Assembly: GCA_052389415.1 (NCBI GenBank)
Contig: JBQTHX010000014.1
Coordinates: 31,862-95,861, forward strand
DNA: 64,000 nt
Direction: 5' to 3'
Origin: Nitrosopumilaceae archaeon
GTDB lineage: Archaea > Thermoproteota > Nitrososphaeria > Nitrososphaerales > Nitrosopumilaceae
How positions within the stretch are numbered: the first letter of the stretch is position 1; each line of letters starts with the position of its first letter. The notes beneath the pieces are model-generated. The model saw nothing but the letters and a program-made list of their open reading frames with translations, had not been told where the DNA came from and did not search any database. The position numbers and the translations under genes were made by a program. Of the stretch, positions 58,936 to 64,000 are shown one piece after another.

Positions 58936-60219
58936 TTAATTTCTAACTTTATGGTGTCTGTTTTTGGCATGCGAGTTTAATTTTGTTATGACGATGGCGG
59001 GTGCAACAAAGTACATGCCTGCATTGAGTAGGATTATCCCGATTCCAAATGTTATCATTTCAGCTTCAGAATCAATGTCCAGATAGTTTAGAATTGAAAG
59101 AGTTGAGATCAATGGTGTTATGGCGGCCTTTACCAATTCTTTGAAGACTGGGTTTTGCCTTTCCCAATCTGCAATTGTCGGACTAAAGGAATAGTAGAGC
59201 GAATTAAACGCAGTCATAAATGTCGAGCCTGAAGATGTCTTTAGTAGAGTATTGTCACGTAATTCTCTGAGTAGCTGAACTTGCGGTGCCAGTTCTGATC
59301 CAAATGATGCTGTAGCTATAAGACAGCCGCTTTGTGGAGCTGGTTCAGGTGTAGGAGTAGGTTCCACCGTTTCGACTGGTTTTGTAGTGTTCTCCTCTTT
59401 TGGTTCTTCGATAGGAGTAGGTTCTGGTTCAATCTCTTTTGGCTCTTCTGTTATTTGCTCTGGGGCTGTAGGCTCCGCGTTTTCTTGGTGTGGTAGTTTT
59501 CCTAGAACAGATTTAGCTCTACGAATCTCATCATCGCTATATCCTATCTGTTTTAGTTCTTTTTCAAATGTCTCCTCAGAAATCACTCCATCCCTGTAAA
59601 GCTCTATCAAAGTTTGATCAAGACGAAGACCTTCTAGTTCTGGAGGAGGTGAACCTTCAGTAACTGTAAATTTTAATGTCTTGATAAAATAAGGCTCGTC
59701 AGGTTTTGACTTTGTTGCCCATGCAAATTTTATTTCATATTCACCAGTTGGCTGGCTCTTTGTGTTACAGATATCAGAATAGCTTTGCTGTATTTTGGTA
59801 TTGACTATAATATCACAGACGCTGTGTGGTAGTCCGTCCAGATATACTGGTTTTGGATTTGTCAATGCAAAAAGTGAAAATGTTATGGTCTTGTCTGCAA
59901 AGTTTTTTCTCTGTGCATCCTCATAGGTGTAAATTGGAAAACACATCTCTGTGCCGCACGGGCCTGGAACATTGGTTCCTATAGCTGTTGCTGCAAATGG
60001 TAGATACAAGTAAAAGTCTGGATACGGGTATGGTTCGTCTGAGATATCTGCAAAGTTTGCAACTGTGATTGTAATTTTTGTTCCAGGCGGTCCGGAAGTT
60101 GGTGTCATTGTTATTTCTGGTTCTCGTAAGTGGCTAGCATCATACTTTGCCCAAGCTGAACTTAGTGGTAAGAGCAAAAGTATCAGTGTAAAAGCTAGTA
60201 GCTTTTTCAAATCTGGCAT
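58936..60219 (-). CDS. CFI-box-CTERM domain surface protein
   Basis: Signal peptide, PTSGPPGT.ITI Ig-like start, PE/PT linker, GCLIATASFGSELAPQVQ.LRE.RD, C-terminal TM. Confidence 0.88.
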   Translation of the reverse strand: MPDLKKLLAFTLILLLLPLSSAWAKYDASHLREPEITMTPTSGPPGTKITITVANFADISDEPYPYPDFYLYLPFAATAIGTNVPGPCGTEMCFPIYTYEDAQRKNFADKTITFSLFALTNPKPVYLDGLPHSVCDIIVNTKIQQSYSDICNTKSQPTGEYEIKFAWATKSKPDEPYFIKTLKFTVTEGSPPPELEGLRLDQTLIELYRDGVISEETFEKELKQIGYSDDEIRRAKSVLGKLPHQENAEPTAPEQITEEPKEIEPEPTPIEEPKEENTTKPVETVEPTPTPEPAPQSGCLIATASFGSELAPQVQLLRELRDNTLLKTSSGSTFMTAFNSLYYSFSPTIADWERQNPVFKELVKAAITPLISTLSILNYLDIDSEAEMITFGIGIILLNAGMYFVAPAIVITKLNSHAKNRHHKVRN

Positions 60220-60267
60220 GATCTCAGATGTATAATTATTAAAAATTGCTACTTATTACTAGTAAAA

Positions 60268-61055
60268 CTAGGCAGAACTAGGCAGTTTTAAATGATTATT
60301 TCTAATTCTCTTTAAAATCATGAATTCCCGATAATGTAAATCTCTAAAGGAATCTTCTAAAGTTTGAATTGTTTGTTCACCTAATTTTGTAGGATTTTTT
60401 GTCTCGCATTTTGGAAGATCTTTTGTAGCATAAGCCAAAACTATGGACCACTTGGAAAGATCAAAGACCTGCCTAACCATTTTTTTGCATAAATTGATTC
60501 GAACCCTTCGTCTATGAAAACTTCTCTCTCTAAATCTGACTTTTTTATACGTCCGAGTGTAGTCCTTGAATCAATTTGAATTTTGTTAGATGTTAGCGCG
60601 ATTCCAGTTAAGTCGCATCTAATTTTGATTTTAACAGGCTTATGTCCTAATTCATCAAGAAAGTTATTTACCATGTTTCTAACAGAATAAAATGCAATGA
60701 GCTTGCTTTGTAGGCATACATTAACTAATTTTTGTGTGTAATAAACCAGAGAATATTCAGGGTAATCAGAAAATTTTTCTTTTAATAATTTTTCTAAATC
60801 TTTGTAAGAATTACTTTCTTTAACTTCATGAGCAATTGGGTATCGTAATCGTTCCCAGCTATTTTTTTCTATTTGTACAGGATCCCTTGCAAAACGAAGT
60901 AATCCATTGAAATAAGAAAATTTTCGAATGTGTAATTTGAGAAATACCTTCTTATCGGGAGAATTTTTAGATTTTATCGAGTTCGTATACCTAACTACTC
61001 GTTTTGAATAATCTAAGAGAGCTTTTTGTAGTAGGTTATTGTTTTTATTCATCAT
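60268..61055 (-). pseudogene. hypothetical gene, possibly frameshifted or truncated
   Basis: ORFs 60441-61055 and 60268-60480 overlap in different frames around a T7 run at 60480-60486. Confidence 0.4.
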
Positions 61056-61566
61056 GTTTCATAATTGCAAATTCTTCATTGTTTCTCACAAAGCGATATA
61101 GATCTGGGTAACGTTTACGCACATCATTACAAGTTTCTATCGCATCATTGTATCTTACAAGAGAAATTAAAACTTGAACTTTCGTTTGAAGTACGTGTCC
61201 CAAAAATGGTCTACGTGCATTATGTTTCTCAAACAAGTCGAACATTTTATCATAACATTTTAGAGATTCTTCGAATCTTCCAACCTTTTCTAACCTCCAT
61301 GCTAAATCGCCTAATATCATTAAATCATTGCCCTTGTAAACCCTCATTAATTCAAAACAAGCTTTCGCATCTTCATATCTGACCAGTTTCTTTAAGGAAG
61401 GGGATTTGTCAGATAAAGCCAAAACGTTTTTTGGATCAATTTCAAGAACTTTGTCATAATACTTTATTGCTTCACGATATTTTTTACTCTGGTAGGCTGA
61501 AAATCCTTTCTTAATTAAAGCGTCTCTTTTATCGATGTTATCTAAAACTTTCTTTATTTTTTTCAA
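61045..61566 (-). CDS. tetratricopeptide repeat protein
   Basis: KG......KY.EAI.YYDKVLEIDP and further TPR units. Confidence 0.8.
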   Translation of the reverse strand: MKKIKKVLDNIDKRDALIKKGFSAYQSKKYREAIKYYDKVLEIDPKNVLALSDKSPSLKKLVRYEDAKACFELMRVYKGNDLMILGDLAWRLEKVGRFEESLKCYDKMFDLFEKHNARRPFLGHVLQTKVQVLISLVRYNDAIETCNDVRKRYPDLYRFVRNNEEFAIMKHDE

Positions 61567-61751
61567 TAGAATATGAAGATCTAACCTAACCTAAAGCCTT
61601 ACGACACATAGCATGTTTTCGGGAACAAAGTGGGGGTAAATCATTTTTATTGAGATTCAATAGTTGGTGCTGGTTTAAATCATATTTGATTTTTCAAGTC
61701 ATTTACTTGATAAATCTCAAAACTTAAGAATGAGCCACCACTCGATGACAA

Positions 61752-62633
61752 TTGTTGAGTAATTTTACAGTAATAGGTGGAAAAGCTTCAGAGGACCTTG
61801 CAAAAAAGATAGCAGCCAAGTTGAAAGGAAAATACATCAAATCTGAGCTAAGGATTTTCCCAGACGGAGAAAGCAAGATTACAGTCTTTGGCAAGCCAAA
61901 AAATGGAAGGATTGTAGTGGTCCAGTCTACCTATCCGCCAGTGGATTCCAACCTAATACAGGCACTCTCACTTGTTGCAAAGGCAAAAAAATACTCCTCG
62001 CAGGTTTATGCAGTAATACCATACCTTGGATATGCAAGACAGGACAAGGAATTTCTCCCAGGTGAGGTAGTTACAATGTCTGTTGTTGCAAAGATGTTCC
62101 AAGCTGCTGGTGCAACCAAAGTCATTGTAGTTGATATCCACAGTAAAATGGCATTAAATCTTTTCAAGATCCAAGCAAAAAATGTTAGTGCAATATCAGA
62201 GCTTGTAAAGTATTTCAAAAAATTAAAGCTAAAAGATCCGTTAGTAGTATCACCAGATCTTGGCGGAATTGAAAGAGCAAGATACTTTGCAAGTCTTTTT
62301 GGTACTAGATTCATCGCACTAAAAAAATACAGAGACAGAAATACTGGCAAGGTAGAGATAAGATCAGCAAACCAAAAACAAGTAGAAGGAAGAGATTTGA
62401 TTCTAGTTGATGATATGATAAGCACTGGTGGAAGCATAGTAAAGGCAGCCGAATTTCTAAAAAAACAAAGGTGCAGAAACATCTACGCAGCTTGTACACA
62501 TGCATTGCTGATTGGCGATGCAGAAAAAAGAATCAGAAAGGCAGGAGTATCAAAGATAGTAAGCACAAACACCATCCCAAACAAGACAGGCATAGTAGAT
62601 GTCTCACCTATCATATCCAAGGCAATTGTCTGA
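61752..62633 (+). CDS. prs: ribose-phosphate pyrophosphokinase
   Basis: FPDGE, PYLGYARQD, SPDLGG, VDDMISTGGS. Confidence 0.96.
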   Translation: MLSNFTVIGGKASEDLAKKIAAKLKGKYIKSELRIFPDGESKITVFGKPKNGRIVVVQSTYPPVDSNLIQALSLVAKAKKYSSQVYAVIPYLGYARQDKEFLPGEVVTMSVVAKMFQAAGATKVIVVDIHSKMALNLFKIQAKNVSAISELVKYFKKLKLKDPLVVSPDLGGIERARYFASLFGTRFIALKKYRDRNTGKVEIRSANQKQVEGRDLILVDDMISTGGSIVKAAEFLKKQRCRNIYAACTHALLIGDAEKRIRKAGVSKIVSTNTIPNKTGIVDVSPIISKAIV

Positions 62634-63568
62634 TGCAGAGCTTTTTTGTAGTATCAGGCGAAAATGTAGAACTAGCTAAAGACGAGATTGTTGCCATATC
62701 AAAAAGCTATGATAGATACACATCATATGAAACAGATTCCAAGCTTGTCATAACAAATTCCATTGTTCCATGGAACAAGATAGCTCAGAGATCTACATTT
62801 GTAAGAACTGCAGGAAAGATAGTAGACACTTTTTCTGATCTGTTCTCAGAGCTTGATTTGACACTGTTACACAAATCAGACACGTTTGCATGTAGGACAA
62901 TCAATCTTTCATCAAAAAGAATAGATCTTTCCAGTATAGAAAAAACAGTTGGTACTACAATAAAACAAGCTTCTGGAGCTAGAGTTTCTCTAACAAACCC
63001 AGCACTAACAGTTTATCTTATTTTCACTGACATCCAGAACTATCTTGGTTATTCAACCAAGATTCCAGAACAAAAAAGACCAAAGAAGATAATCAAATCG
63101 CCTTTTGAGCTAAACTGGAAGCTTAGTAGAGCAATGGTAAATCTTTCAGGATTAAACGAAAAAGAGACTTTGTGCGATCCGTTTTGTGGTACAGGAACCA
63201 TACTTTTAGAAGCTGAATCAATGGGAATCAAATCCATTGGTATTGATTTTGACAAGAAGATGTGTGATGCAGCAAAAAAGAACCTAGATGTAAACGGATA
63301 CAGTTCAAAAATAATCAATGCAGGATACGAACACATCAAAAAGACAAGCTATGATGGAATTGTGACTGACTTGCCATATGGAATATCATCAAAATCCTCA
63401 GAATCACCAAAAAAGCTAGTTTCCGATTTTATATCCATTCTACCAAAGAAAAAGAAGCTTGCTCTCATGTGCAAAAAAGAGCTAGCAGACCAAATAGAAT
63501 TAAAACAAGCTAAAAGATACGAAATTTACAGGCATAAAAGCCTGACTAGGACGATCTTGATAAAATGA
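62633..63568 (+). CDS. THUMP-domain tRNA guanine N2-methyltransferase (Trm11/TrmG10-like)
   Basis: Start [10 protein letters not shown]; [20 protein letters not shown]. Confidence 0.85.
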   Translation: MQSFFVVSGENVELAKDEIVAISKSYDRYTSYETDSKLVITNSIVPWNKIAQRSTFVRTAGKIVDTFSDLFSELDLTLLHKSDTFACRTINLSSKRIDLSSIEKTVGTTIKQASGARVSLTNPALTVYLIFTDIQNYLGYSTKIPEQKRPKKIIKSPFELNWKLSRAMVNLSGLNEKETLCDPFCGTGTILLEAESMGIKSIGIDFDKKMCDAAKKNLDVNGYSSKIINAGYEHIKKTSYDGIVTDLPYGISSKSSESPKKLVSDFISILPKKKKLALMCKKELADQIELKQAKRYEIYRHKSLTRTILIK

Positions 63569-64000
63569 AATTAGTATTCTTGGGAACATCGGCTGCACAG
63601 CCAACAGAAAACAGGGGCATGACATGCATCTGTCTAGTTTTAGAAAAAGAGATCCTCATGTTTGATGCTGGCGAAGGAGCCCAAGTTGCATTTCACAAGG
63701 CAAAGCTTGGCTGGAATAAAAAATTAAAGATCTTTGTTACACATTTGCACGGTGATCATTGTGTTGGAATTTTAGGATTGTTGCAAACAATGTCATTACA
63801 AAGCAGAACTGAATCTGTCGAGATCTATGGACCAAAAGAAATCGAGGATTTTTTGGTAGCAAATCTGAAGATACTAAATTTTGGTTTATCTTTTCCTCTA
63901 AAGATTGCAACAATAAAAGAAGGATTGGTTCTTGATGAGCAAACCTACACTATATCTGCATGTGAGGCAATGCATTCCATTCCTGCATATTCTTATGTCT
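63565..64000 (+). CDS. rnz: ribonuclease Z, partial (runs off window)
   Basis: Manual translation [18 protein letters not shown]...FDAGEG...THLHGDH. Confidence 0.93.
   Translation, partial: MKLVFLGTSAAQPTENRGMTCICLVLEKEILMFDAGEGAQVAFHKAKLGWNKKLKIFVTHLHGDHCVGILGLLQTMSLQSRTESVEIYGPKEIEDFLVANLKILNFGLSFPLKIATIKEGLVLDEQTYTISACEAMHSIPAYSYV

Noticed and set aside
62471-62632. N-terminal extension of the tRNA methyltransferase ORF
   Set aside because: Overlaps prs; ATG at 62633 coupled to the prs stop is the natural start

Overview
AT-rich archaeal chromosome segment. Gene content (two CdvB/ESCRT-III paralogs, CFI-box-CTERM surface protein, AcnX-type mevalonate enzyme, cobalamin genes, TFB, PriS/PriL, AglB, mostly leaderless genes) points to an ammonia-oxidiser-type Nitrososphaerota (Thaumarchaeota), probably Nitrosopumilales; this is inferred from protein recognition, not a search. 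Most of the window is housekeeping: cobalamin synthesis, translation initiation, primase, DNA repair, sulfate assimilation, preQ0/archaeosine synthesis, phosphate uptake and tRNA processing, plus one tRNA-Gly(CCC). Signals missing from the ORF track: (1) a 26-bp element, 23/26 identical, exactly 57 bp upstream of both cdvB paralogs 31 kb apart, with a 35-aa C2H2 zinc-finger ORF just upstream of one of them; (2) three GC-rich structured intergenic RNA candidates (34781-34847, 50198-50400, 54445-54563); (3) a 30-codon remnant of a casposon-type Cas1 near the left edge; (4) a PIN-domain gene split at an A9 run; (5) a glutamate-racemase-like protein with both catalytic Cys replaced by Ser; (6) several zinc-finger microproteins and candidate operators. 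No CRISPR array, rRNA or intact transposase was seen.
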